DNA of 64,000 bases, from positions 32,785 through 96,784 of the forward strand of contig JAQWDY010000001.1 of assembly GCA_028705215.1 (NCBI GenBank), read 5' to 3'. Source of the DNA: Patescibacteria group bacterium (lineage in GTDB: Bacteria; Patescibacteriota; Patescibacteriia; Patescibacteriales; UBA12465). The notes beneath the pieces were generated by a model, which searched no databases, was not told the origin of the DNA, and was given only the letters and a program-made list of their open reading frames with translations. This document shows, one piece after another, positions 9,641-18,316 of the stretch. Numbering within the stretch: position 1 is the stretch's first letter; each line of letters opens with the position of its first letter. The translations under genes were made by a program, and so were the position numbers.

Positions 9641-11119
9641 ATGAGTGTATCTAAAAAAATCGCTAAAAATACCATTATTCAGTTAGTTGGCAAAGTATTT
9701 TCTACCATCCTAGGACTTCTGTCTCTGGCTCTAATGACTCGCTATTTAGGTCAAAATGGTTTTGGTGAATATACAACAATCCTAAACTTCTTAACAATTT
9801 TTGCTGTTTTTGCTGACTTTGGTTTAACCTTAGTGACCGTGCAGATGATTAGCGGAGTTAAGGAAAAAGAAAAAGAATCAAAAATCTTAAACAATCTTTT
9901 TACCTTTAGATTGCTCTCAATTATTGTTTTTTTATCTCTTTCTCCCTTAGTCTTGTTTTTCACTCCCTACAGTCAAGCCATTAAACTTGGCATTTTAATT
10001 ACTGCTCCTTATTTTATTTTTCCCGCCTTAACCCAAATAATTGTTGGCTTGCTGCAAAAAAGACTGCATATGGAAAGAGCGGTAATAGCAGAGTTAGCTA
10101 GTCGTATCATATTAATTTTAGGAATAATTTTAATTGCCCGATTTGATAAAGGGTTAACCGGGATATTGCTAGCCACTATTTTATCAGGAGCGACTAGTTT
10201 TTTATTTCATTATTTCTTAGCCAGAAAATTTACTCGCTTAAGACTAGCCTGGGATTTCACCCTCTGGCGCAAAATCATACTTCGTTCTTGGCCTTTGGCA
10301 ATTACAATTATTTTGAATTTACTATATTTAAAAACTGATATTGTTTTCCTTTCTTTATTTAAAAGTTCAGCTGAGGTTGGGCTTTACGCTGCCGCCTATC
10401 GTGTAATTGACGTCTTAACAACTATTCCTTTTATGTTTGCTGGGCTAATTTTACCAATTCTAACCACCGCTTGGCTTGAAAATAAAAAGGAGTATTTTAA
10501 AAAAACTTTACAGAAATCTTTTGATTTTATGACCATAACGGCTCTTCCTTTAATTGTAGGGGGCATAATGTTATCAAAACCAATTATGCTCATTGTCGCT
10601 GGTGATGATTTCGCCGCTTCAGGCAAAATCTTAAATTTATTAATAATTGCCGTTGGTTTTATTTTTTTAGGAACGATGTTTTCTCACGCTGTCATTGCTT
10701 TAGATAAGCAAAAAAAGCTTATTGGTTTTTATATTTTTACCAGTATCACTGCCTTGGCTGGCTACTTAATTTTAATTCCTCGTTTTTCTTATTTTGGCGC
10801 AGCCACCATTACTATTTATAGTGAGGCTATAATTTCAATTTTTGCAGCTTATTGCGTCTTTAAATATAGTCATTTTTTACCAAAGCTAAACATTTTAATT
10901 AAGTCAGTATTTGCTAGCTTCTTAATGGGGTTTTTTCTTTATATTTATCCTAATTCTTTAAAAAATGATTTTATTGAGTTAAGCTTGGCTATAATCTTAG
11001 CTTCTATTATTTATTTCTTGTTTTTATTCCTACTAGGTGGTATACATTTAAACGACCTTAAAGTAATATTTAAACGCACAAAAACACCGCAAACTTATAA
11101 ATCAATTAATGGCATCTAA
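9641..11119 (+). CDS. polysaccharide biosynthesis protein / Wzx-type oligosaccharide flippase (MOP superfamily)
   Basis: ORF 9503..11119; the ATG at 9641 (MSVSKKIAKNTIIQLVGKVF...) gives the typical N-terminus of PST-family flippases, and the protein is polytopic throughout. The upstream part of the ORF overlaps the divergent gene. Confidence 0.7.
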   Translation: MSVSKKIAKNTIIQLVGKVFSTILGLLSLALMTRYLGQNGFGEYTTILNFLTIFAVFADFGLTLVTVQMISGVKEKEKESKILNNLFTFRLLSIIVFLSLSPLVLFFTPYSQAIKLGILITAPYFIFPALTQIIVGLLQKRLHMERAVIAELASRIILILGIILIARFDKGLTGILLATILSGATSFLFHYFLARKFTRLRLAWDFTLWRKIILRSWPLAITIILNLLYLKTDIVFLSLFKSSAEVGLYAAAYRVIDVLTTIPFMFAGLILPILTTAWLENKKEYFKKTLQKSFDFMTITALPLIVGGIMLSKPIMLIVAGDDFAASGKILNLLIIAVGFIFLGTMFSHAVIALDKQKKLIGFYIFTSITALAGYLILIPRFSYFGAATITIYSEAIISIFAAYCVFKYSHFLPKLNILIKSVFASFLMGFFLYIYPNSLKNDFIELSLAIILASIIYFLFLFLLGGIHLNDLKVIFKRTKTPQTYKSINGI

Positions 11120-11885
11120 TATGAACACGGATTTTCCTGAGATAATTTTTGAAGATAATAATTATTTAGTAATAAATAAACCAGCCGGACTGATTGTTCA
11201 TGGTGGACCAGGGATTAAAGGTGTAACCTTGGTTGATTTATTACTAGATAAATATCCCTTCCTTAAAGAAGTGGGGGATGAGGCTCTACGCCCTGGTATA
11301 GTTCACCGATTAGATAAAGATGTAAGCGGCTTAATGGTGATAGCAAAAACAACTGAGTCTTTTTCCAGCTTAAAAGAGCAATTTAAAGAAAGAGACGTTA
11401 ATAAAACTTATTTAGCCTTAGCTCATGGCAAGATTGAAAAAGACTACGATGACATCAACTTTCCAATTAAGCGCGCAAAAGATGGGTATAAAATGGCCGC
11501 CCTTCCCTTAAACACTGTTGATCTTTTAATTAAAAAAAGTCCCCAGTCTAGAGACAGGGGCAACATTGAAGGATTTTTTAAAGCAAGGGAGGCTAGTACT
11601 AGTTTCAAAGTTTTAAAAAGATTTATAAATTATACTTTTTTAGAAGTCACTATTAAAACAGGACGCACTCATCAAATTAGAGTACATTTTTTTGCTTATG
11701 GCCACCCCTTAGTTGGAGATAATTTATATTTTAATAAAAAAAGTAGGGAAAAAAATAAAAAGTTTAATTTAGATCGTGTTTTCTTAGTTGCCAGTCAATT
11801 ATCATTTATGAATTTAAAAGGAGAAAGGAAAGAATTTTCCCTTCCTTTGCCATCAGAGCTAGAAAAACTATTGCCTAAAAATTAA
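11109..11885 (+). CDS. RluA-family pseudouridine synthase
   Basis: 258 aa; NKPAGLIVHGG...HRLDKDVSGLMVIAKT catalytic motif (HRLD...SG). Confidence 0.8.
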   Translation: MASNMNTDFPEIIFEDNNYLVINKPAGLIVHGGPGIKGVTLVDLLLDKYPFLKEVGDEALRPGIVHRLDKDVSGLMVIAKTTESFSSLKEQFKERDVNKTYLALAHGKIEKDYDDINFPIKRAKDGYKMAALPLNTVDLLIKKSPQSRDRGNIEGFFKAREASTSFKVLKRFINYTFLEVTIKTGRTHQIRVHFFAYGHPLVGDNLYFNKKSREKNKKFNLDRVFLVASQLSFMNLKGERKEFSLPLPSELEKLLPKN

Positions 11886-11984
11886 TTCCTAATAAACTTT
11901 GACTACAATTTAGTCATTTGCTATAATGGCTTTGTTAATTTGTTAAAATCTAATAAATATAATTAATTTAATTTTCATAAAATT

Positions 11985-12983
11985 ATGAAGAAAAAGATTA
12001 AAGATCTCTCACAATCGGGAGTTTTTACCAGAATTGTTCTACCGATAATTTTGGTTGTCATTCTGGCTATTATAGGTTGGAATAATTTTAAGAAACCAAC
12101 CGCAAAGAATTTAAGTGCAGCTGAAATAAAAACTCACGCTGAAGAATTCATCAACGCTTATTTAATGGCTCCTGATTCAAAGGCTACCATTAAAGAAGTT
12201 ATTGATGAGTATGGTTTATACAAACTAAATGTTGATATCGTTAGTGATGTAATAGAATCATATATCACAAAAGATGGTAAACTATTCTTCCCTCAAGCTT
12301 TCAATGTTGAAGAAATGCAAGGCGATGTCGCTGCTGGCGGCCAGGAAGTAGCTCCAGTTGAAGTCCCTAAAACAGCTAAGCCAAATGTTGAGGTGTTCGT
12401 TATGAGTCATTGTCCTTATGGAACTCAAATCGAAAAAGGCATATTGCCAGTTGCTAAAGCATTAGGCGATAAAATTGATTTTGAAATCAAATTCGTTGAT
12501 TACGCTATGCACGGAGAAGTTGAACTTGATGAACAATTGGTACAATATTGTATTCAAGAAGAACAAAATGATAAATTCTTTCCTTATCTAGATTGTTTCT
12601 TGTTATCAGGAGAAACATCAAGTTGTTTAGCTGAGGCTAATATTGATCAAACGGCTTTAGATAGTTGTGTTACTAAAACTGATAATGAATTTAAAGTAAA
12701 GGAAAATTTTGTAAATAACGTTGGTTTCAGTGGCACCTTCCCTGGATTCGATGTTCATAAAGCTGATAATCAAAAGTATGGCGTCGCTGGTTCTCCTACT
12801 TTAGTAATAAACGAAACAGTTGTCCAAAGCGCACGTGATCCACAAAGCTTGTTAACCACTATCTGTGGTGCCTTTGAGAACGCTCCTGAGGAATGCTCAG
12901 AGACACTACCAAGTGCTAGCCCTGCCCCTGGTTTCGGTGCCGGAACTAGTGCAACTGCTTCCGCTACAGCTGCTTGCAACTAA
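11985..12983 (+). CDS. membrane-anchored DsbA/thioredoxin-fold thiol:disulfide oxidoreductase
   Basis: 332 aa; N-terminal TM anchor, CPYG active-site motif (FVMSHCPYGTQ), Cys-rich C-terminal half, low-complexity Ala/Ser/Gly/Thr tail ...SASPAPGFGAGTSATASATAACN. Locally GC-richer than its surroundings. Confidence 0.6.
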   Translation: MKKKIKDLSQSGVFTRIVLPIILVVILAIIGWNNFKKPTAKNLSAAEIKTHAEEFINAYLMAPDSKATIKEVIDEYGLYKLNVDIVSDVIESYITKDGKLFFPQAFNVEEMQGDVAAGGQEVAPVEVPKTAKPNVEVFVMSHCPYGTQIEKGILPVAKALGDKIDFEIKFVDYAMHGEVELDEQLVQYCIQEEQNDKFFPYLDCFLLSGETSSCLAEANIDQTALDSCVTKTDNEFKVKENFVNNVGFSGTFPGFDVHKADNQKYGVAGSPTLVINETVVQSARDPQSLLTTICGAFENAPEECSETLPSASPAPGFGAGTSATASATAACN

Positions 12984-13000
12984 GAGAAAATTGCAGATAT

Positions 13001-13033
13001 AAAAAACAACCTCTTATCGAGGTTGTTTTTTTA
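13001..13033. terminator. bidirectional rho-independent terminator
   Basis: aaaaaACAACCTCttatcGAGGTTGTttttttt between the convergent DsbA-like gene and trxA. Confidence 0.6.
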
Positions 13034-13051
13034 TTGTTATTTTTTAACCTG

Positions 13052-13381
13052 TTAAATAAGGTTTTCAAGCTCTGACCTTAAAGTTTCTTTATTTCTTAAG
13101 CCAATAAATTCTCCGATGATTTTTCCATCTTTAAAAAGCTTCATATTGGGGATGCTTTGAATTTGATATTCAATTGCCAAATCCCTATTTTCGCCATCCT
13201 CGGTATTCACCTTAGCAATTTTTACCTTATCACTTAATTCATCTGACAACTCATCTAAAGTTGGCGCCATCATTTGGCAAGGCATGCACCAAGGTGCCCA
13301 AAAATCAACTAAAACTGGCTTCTCGCTTTCTAAAACTTCTACTTGGAAGTTGTCTTTTTTAATATCTAATACTTTTGACAT
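13052..13381 (-). CDS. trxA: thioredoxin
   Basis: 109 aa; WAPWCMPCQMMAP active site (CxxC; CMPC variant of the canonical CGPC), thioredoxin fold length. Confidence 0.85.
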   Translation of the reverse strand: MSKVLDIKKDNFQVEVLESEKPVLVDFWAPWCMPCQMMAPTLDELSDELSDKVKIAKVNTEDGENRDLAIEYQIQSIPNMKLFKDGKIIGEFIGLRNKETLRSELENLI

Positions 13382-13427
13382 AATAATATAACGTTAATTA
13401 TTTAATTAATTAATTTTTTTATAATTT

Positions 13428-13685
13428 TTACTTACTTACCAATTCATTTAACATTTTCATAATTTTTTCTTGATCAGTCTTTTTGCCACCAATTAAACAG
13501 CGATTCATTTCCGATAATACAATTTTTTCCAACAAGGCAGACAGGGCAGATTTAATTGCTTTTAGTTGAATAATTAAATTTATACAATCACCATTTTTCT
13601 CTTTTAGCATTTTCTTTACAGCTTCCAACTGTCCAATGATAATATTAATTCTTGTTTCATTTGTCATATACAATAAGTGTATCAT
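13428..13685 (-). CDS. CsoR/RcnR/FrmR-family (DUF156) transcriptional repressor, His-less Cys-Cys variant
   Basis: 85 aa; RINIIIGQLEAVKKMLKEKNGDCINLIIQLKAIKSALSALLEKIVLSEMNRCL matches the CsoR four-helix bundle pattern. Has Cys (GDC) and a second Cys (NRCL) but Glu/Asn where CsoR has the Cu-binding His. Start may be the second ATG (MTNETRIN, 13667). Confidence 0.65.
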   Translation of the reverse strand: MIHLLYMTNETRINIIIGQLEAVKKMLKEKNGDCINLIIQLKAIKSALSALLEKIVLSEMNRCLIGGKKTDQEKIMKMLNELVSK

Positions 13686-13713
13686 ACACCCCCAGGGGGT
13701 GTCAATAGGGCAA

Positions 13714-14412
13714 CTACTTTTTTAATTCTAACCAATAATTATACTTATCTTTTTTTAAAGATATTTGTTCAAAGCCTGATTTTTTCGCTAAAAACAGTAA
13801 CTCTCTTTTAGTAAATGCGTGATAGTACCTTTTTGCCCTATTTTCCCCCTTTGCGTCTTTCCAAAAGAAAATAATATCACCAAAATTGAGCTTATTTAAA
13901 CCAAGCAGTTTATAAACACCGGCCTTGATAATTCTAAAGCGGTGTTTACTTGACCACAAATTCCAATTACTAATTACTAAAACCCCAGAATCATTAAGAT
14001 AATTTTTTATCTTTTTTAACAATTCGAGTCTATTTTTATGGCCGGGTATATGTTGCAAGGCGGCAAGAAAAAAAATGTAATCATAAGATTCTCCTTTTTC
14101 TAAAATTGACTCAATATCTAGAACATTGCCAACTATAAATTTATGCTTTGGGTAATTTTTTTGCGCAATATTAATTAACTGAGAACTGACATCAATTCCC
14201 AGATAGTTTATTTTTTTATCAAACAAAGAGCCCAACAGACGACCGTTTCCACAAGCTAAATCTAAAACCGCTTCCCCCTCTTTTACCCGTTTACAATATT
14301 CTTCTATTTGTGGCCAGACTCTTTTTTTTCGTGTTAAATCAAAATGAGTCGCTATGCTATCATAACTGGTGCGCACCAAATTATTTAATTCCTGTATTTT
14401 TTTCTCTTTCAT
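13714..14412 (-). CDS. class I SAM-dependent methyltransferase
   Basis: 232 aa; VLDLACGNGRL (motif I), ...YLGIDVS..., ...IFFLAALQH; Rossmann-fold methyltransferase pattern. Substrate unknown. Confidence 0.75.
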   Translation of the reverse strand: MKEKKIQELNNLVRTSYDSIATHFDLTRKKRVWPQIEEYCKRVKEGEAVLDLACGNGRLLGSLFDKKINYLGIDVSSQLINIAQKNYPKHKFIVGNVLDIESILEKGESYDYIFFLAALQHIPGHKNRLELLKKIKNYLNDSGVLVISNWNLWSSKHRFRIIKAGVYKLLGLNKLNFGDIIFFWKDAKGENRAKRYYHAFTKRELLFLAKKSGFEQISLKKDKYNYWLELKK

Positions 14413-16179
14413 TTAGGCTCTTAAATATTCTCTTTTTGGCTCCGAGCTCTCTCGCTTATTCCTCAGGCAACCATCACATTTGCCACAAGGGGCAACTTTG
14501 TAGTCACCAAAATAATTTAATATATATTCCTGACGACAACCAGCATGATAAACATAATTTTCCATTTCATCTAATTTTTCGTAGGCTCGTGCTGCTTTTT
14601 CTTTTAGACTTTTAAAATCTAATTCGAGATCCCTGCTATCGGTAATTTTTAAAATCCTAATTTCCGTTCCGCGAAAAGGGGGACGATATTCTAATAAATC
14701 TTTTTCCGCAAATTTTTTAATTGCTCGCGTAAGAGTGTCTTTTTTTATTTTTAAAACTACGGCTAATTCTTCTGCAATAAAATCAAATCCTACCTCTAAT
14801 TGAGCTTGATATTTTTCTTGTAATTTTTCTAGAACCTCATGTTGCGTCTTAGCTCTTTTACTTATAAGTGCGCCAACTTCTGATGGCTTCTTTTTAAAAC
14901 GGATAAAAGAATTGGCGTTCTTTTCTTTAGGCCGAGAAATATAACCTTCTTTTTCTAGAATTTTCAAAGCTGTTCCAATTGCCATTTCTGGAACAGATTC
15001 TGATAGTTGTTTTGCAATTTCGTTATAAGTTACTAAAATTGTGCTCTCTTTAGTTGATTCTAAATCTAAACGTCGAAGAAGAAAATCATAAATTTCAAGC
15101 ACTGTTTCTGGTTCTGGATTATCACCTTTAATAAAAAATTCACGCAGATATCTATCTTGTTTGTTATAAAAAAGTAAACAAAAGCTAGGCAGGCCGTCAC
15201 GACCAGCACGTCCCGCTTCCTGATAGTAGGCCTCAATTGTGCCCGGTAGATCATGATGTATTACAAACCTAATGTCTGGTTTATTAATACCCAAGCCAAA
15301 AGCATTCGTCGCCACCACCACCTGAACCTTTTGATCCATAAACTGATCTTGAACCCACCGCCTACTATCTGCGTCTAAGCCAGCGTGATAGACAACCGCC
15401 TTTATGTCGTTTTCCGTTAATATTTCTGCAATTTCGTCTGCCTTATTTCTGGTTCCGGTATAAATAATACCAGCCCCTATATCGGGATTAGTTATAAGAA
15501 AATTAACAATATTTTCCACCTTCTGCCCGCTTTGTGACGGAATCACTGCAAATTGTAAGTTAGGACGAGCAAAACCTGTCACTATAAGCTCCGGATCTTT
15601 TAACTGCAACTGTTTTACTATATCCTCCCTTACCTCCGGTGTTGCTGTCGCAGTTAATGCCACCACTCTTGGTTTCCCCACTAAAGCAATGGCGTCTTTA
15701 AGTCGTAAGTAGCTGGGTCTAAAATCGTGTCCCCACTGGCTAATACAGTGCGCCTCATCTATTGCAAATAAGGATACTTTTATTTTTTTTAAACTATCTA
15801 AAAATTGCTTGTTATAAAAACGTTCAGGCGCAATATAAACTAATTTATAAAAACCTTGTTCTGCTTTTTTTAATCTTTTTTCTGCTTCAATGGGCGTTAC
15901 AGAAGAATTGATAAAAGTAGCAGGAATTCCCACCTTCTCTAAAGAATCAACCTGATCTTTCATCAGAGCAATCAGTGGCGAAATAACTAAGGTAACGCCC
16001 TCCATTATTAAGGCGGGTAATTGAAAAATTAACGATTTGCCGCCACCAGTGGGCAACACAACCACCACATCTTGACCAGACAATAGAGAGTCAATTGCTT
16101 TCTCTTGGCCAGGTCGAAAAGATTCATAACCAAAATGAATTCGCAACAACTCAATTAATTGTTGTTTTTTATTTACCAT
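14413..16179 (-). CDS. recQ: ATP-dependent DNA helicase RecQ
   Basis: ORF 14413..16242; ATG at 16179 (MVNKKQQLIELLRIHFGYESFRPGQEKAI...VVLPTGGGKSLIFQLPAL...DEAHCISQWGHDFRP). RecQ helicase motifs, RQC zinc-binding Cys cluster (CGKCDGC), C-terminal HRDC-like region. Confidence 0.85.
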   Translation of the reverse strand: MVNKKQQLIELLRIHFGYESFRPGQEKAIDSLLSGQDVVVVLPTGGGKSLIFQLPALIMEGVTLVISPLIALMKDQVDSLEKVGIPATFINSSVTPIEAEKRLKKAEQGFYKLVYIAPERFYNKQFLDSLKKIKVSLFAIDEAHCISQWGHDFRPSYLRLKDAIALVGKPRVVALTATATPEVREDIVKQLQLKDPELIVTGFARPNLQFAVIPSQSGQKVENIVNFLITNPDIGAGIIYTGTRNKADEIAEILTENDIKAVVYHAGLDADSRRWVQDQFMDQKVQVVVATNAFGLGINKPDIRFVIHHDLPGTIEAYYQEAGRAGRDGLPSFCLLFYNKQDRYLREFFIKGDNPEPETVLEIYDFLLRRLDLESTKESTILVTYNEIAKQLSESVPEMAIGTALKILEKEGYISRPKEKNANSFIRFKKKPSEVGALISKRAKTQHEVLEKLQEKYQAQLEVGFDFIAEELAVVLKIKKDTLTRAIKKFAEKDLLEYRPPFRGTEIRILKITDSRDLELDFKSLKEKAARAYEKLDEMENYVYHAGCRQEYILNYFGDYKVAPCGKCDGCLRNKRESSEPKREYLRA

Positions 16180-16189
16180 TATAAATTGA

Positions 16190-16981
16190 CTAATTAGTTT
16201 TTCTCTTGAAAATTTCCCAGACATTTTTGAATAAAAAGGCAATTGTCATCGGGCCTATGCCTCCAGGAACAGGGGTAATAAAAGATGCCTTTTCTTCAAC
16301 ATCTTTAAAATCAACATCACCAAAAACCCCATTCTCTGTTTTTGTAATTCCAATATCAATAATTACAGCTCCGGGTTTTATTATTTCTTTTTTCAGGCTT
16401 TGCGGTTTTCCTAAGGCGGTAATAACTAAATCCGCTTTTTTTGCTTCACTGTTTTTGCAAAAAGAAAAACCTCTTGCGCCCAATTCTTTTTTTATCTCCT
16501 TTTCAAATACCTCTGAATTTCTAAAAATACAAGCTGTATTATTTTCACCCTTCATCTTAATTTCATCAAGACAGGCAATAATCGCTAACATCACTGGCGA
16601 TTTTATATAATCTGGTTTTTGAGGATGGAAGCCATCAACATCTTTTTCGGGGTCAATACTTAAAATAACCTTATCAGTATTAAATTTAGTTGGTAAAGGT
16701 AATTGCACTAAAATGCCATCAATTAAGGGATCCTCATTTAAAAATTTAATTATTTCAATAAGTTCTTTTTCGCTTTGCTTTTCCTCTAAAAGATAAAGGT
16801 GAGTATCTACGCCCACCTTTTTTCCCTCTCTTTCTTTAAGGGAAACGTATAATTTAGAATCTTCTCTGCTTCCTACTAAAATAATCGCCAAGTTTGGTCT
16901 TTTCTTAAAGGCAAATATTTCTTGAGCAATTTTATCTTTTACTTTTTCCGCAATTTTTTTTCCAGAAATAACTTTTACCAT
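16190..16981 (-). CDS. folD: bifunctional 5,10-methylene-THF dehydrogenase / methenyl-THF cyclohydrolase
   Basis: 263 aa; ...LAIILVGSREDSKLYVSLKEREGKKVGVD...GILVQLPLP...VIGRS-like region. Confidence 0.85.
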   Translation of the reverse strand: MVKVISGKKIAEKVKDKIAQEIFAFKKRPNLAIILVGSREDSKLYVSLKEREGKKVGVDTHLYLLEEKQSEKELIEIIKFLNEDPLIDGILVQLPLPTKFNTDKVILSIDPEKDVDGFHPQKPDYIKSPVMLAIIACLDEIKMKGENNTACIFRNSEVFEKEIKKELGARGFSFCKNSEAKKADLVITALGKPQSLKKEIIKPGAVIIDIGITKTENGVFGDVDFKDVEEKASFITPVPGGIGPMTIAFLFKNVWEIFKRKTN

Positions 16982-16982
16982 A

Positions 16983-18239
16983 TTAATATTTTAAATTATT
17001 GGTAGGAAGGGGAAAATTGGCACATAAAACTTTTATTTCTTTTTTTAATTCTAAAAGCTTTTCCTCTTCATTTTTATTTAAAAACGCTCGATTAATATAA
17101 CCGGCAATCTGTCTCATCTCCTTTTCTTTCATACCCCTTGTGGTAATTGCGGCTACCCCTAGTCGCAAGCCCGAAGGATTAAAGGCGGCGCTTGAATCAT
17201 TTGGAATAGTCGAACGAGAAACTGAAATACCGGCCCTCTCTAAAACCTTTTCTGCTTCTTTTCCGGATATATTTTTATCACTTAAATCTATGACAAATAA
17301 ATGATTATCAGTACCCCCAGAAACTATATTATAACCAAGATTAATTAATTCATCTGATAAGATTTTAGCGTTTATAATAACTTGCTTGGCATAATCTTTA
17401 AATTCAGGTAAGAGCGCCTCCCCTAAGGCAACCGCTTTAGCAGCGGTTATATGATCATGAGGCCCACCCTGCATTCCGGGAAAAACCGCTCTATCAACTT
17501 GCTTAGCGTATTTTTCCTTACACATTATTAAAGCCCCCCTAGGGCCCCTTAAAGTTTTATGCGTTGTTGTTGACACTACATCAAAAATTGGCACCGGATT
17601 AGCTAATTGCTTGCCAGCAATTAAGCCAGCAATATGAGCAATATCAGCAAAGGTGTAAGCGCCAACTTCGGTGGCGATATTTTGAAAAGCTTGCCAATCA
17701 ATTTCTCTTGAATAAGCACTAAAACCAGCTACTATCATTTTTGGCTTTTCCCGTAAAGCTATCTCTCTGACTTTTTCCATATCTATCATTCCTGTTTTTT
17801 CATCTACCCCGTATTGTACAAAATTATAAAGCTGACCAGAAAAATTAATATGATGTCCGTGCGATAAATGCCCACCGTGATCTAATTTTAATCCCAAAAC
17901 CTTATCACCGGGTTGCAAAAATGCCATATAAACAGCGGCATTTGCAGGTGAGCCAGATAAGGGTTGCACGTTTACATGTTCCGCTTGAAATAATTTTTTT
18001 GCTCTTTCAATCGCCAAGGTTTCAATTTCATCAACTATCTGATTACCGCCATAATAACGCTTACCCACATAGCCCTCGCTATATTTATTGGTAAGAATTG
18101 TTGCCATCGCTTCTAAAACAGCGCTAGAAACATAATTTTCTGAAGCAATCAGTTCAATCTCATCACTTTGACGACAAGCCTCTTTTTTAATTATTTCATA
18201 AACTTGACTATCCTGTTGAGATAAATTTTGATAAAACAT
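16983..18239 (-). CDS. glyA: serine hydroxymethyltransferase
   Basis: 418 aa; ...ELIASENYVS...YSEGYVGKRYYGG...TTTTHKTLRGPRG (PLP-Lys motif). Confidence 0.9.
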   Translation of the reverse strand: MFYQNLSQQDSQVYEIIKKEACRQSDEIELIASENYVSSAVLEAMATILTNKYSEGYVGKRYYGGNQIVDEIETLAIERAKKLFQAEHVNVQPLSGSPANAAVYMAFLQPGDKVLGLKLDHGGHLSHGHHINFSGQLYNFVQYGVDEKTGMIDMEKVREIALREKPKMIVAGFSAYSREIDWQAFQNIATEVGAYTFADIAHIAGLIAGKQLANPVPIFDVVSTTTHKTLRGPRGALIMCKEKYAKQVDRAVFPGMQGGPHDHITAAKAVALGEALLPEFKDYAKQVIINAKILSDELINLGYNIVSGGTDNHLFVIDLSDKNISGKEAEKVLERAGISVSRSTIPNDSSAAFNPSGLRLGVAAITTRGMKEKEMRQIAGYINRAFLNKNEEEKLLELKKEIKVLCANFPLPTNNLKY

Positions 18240-18316
18240 AGGTTTATTTTATGACTTAATCTTAAATCAGGGGCACTCTTTTGTCAAAAACTAGAAATAA
18301 ACAAAATCTTCATTTT

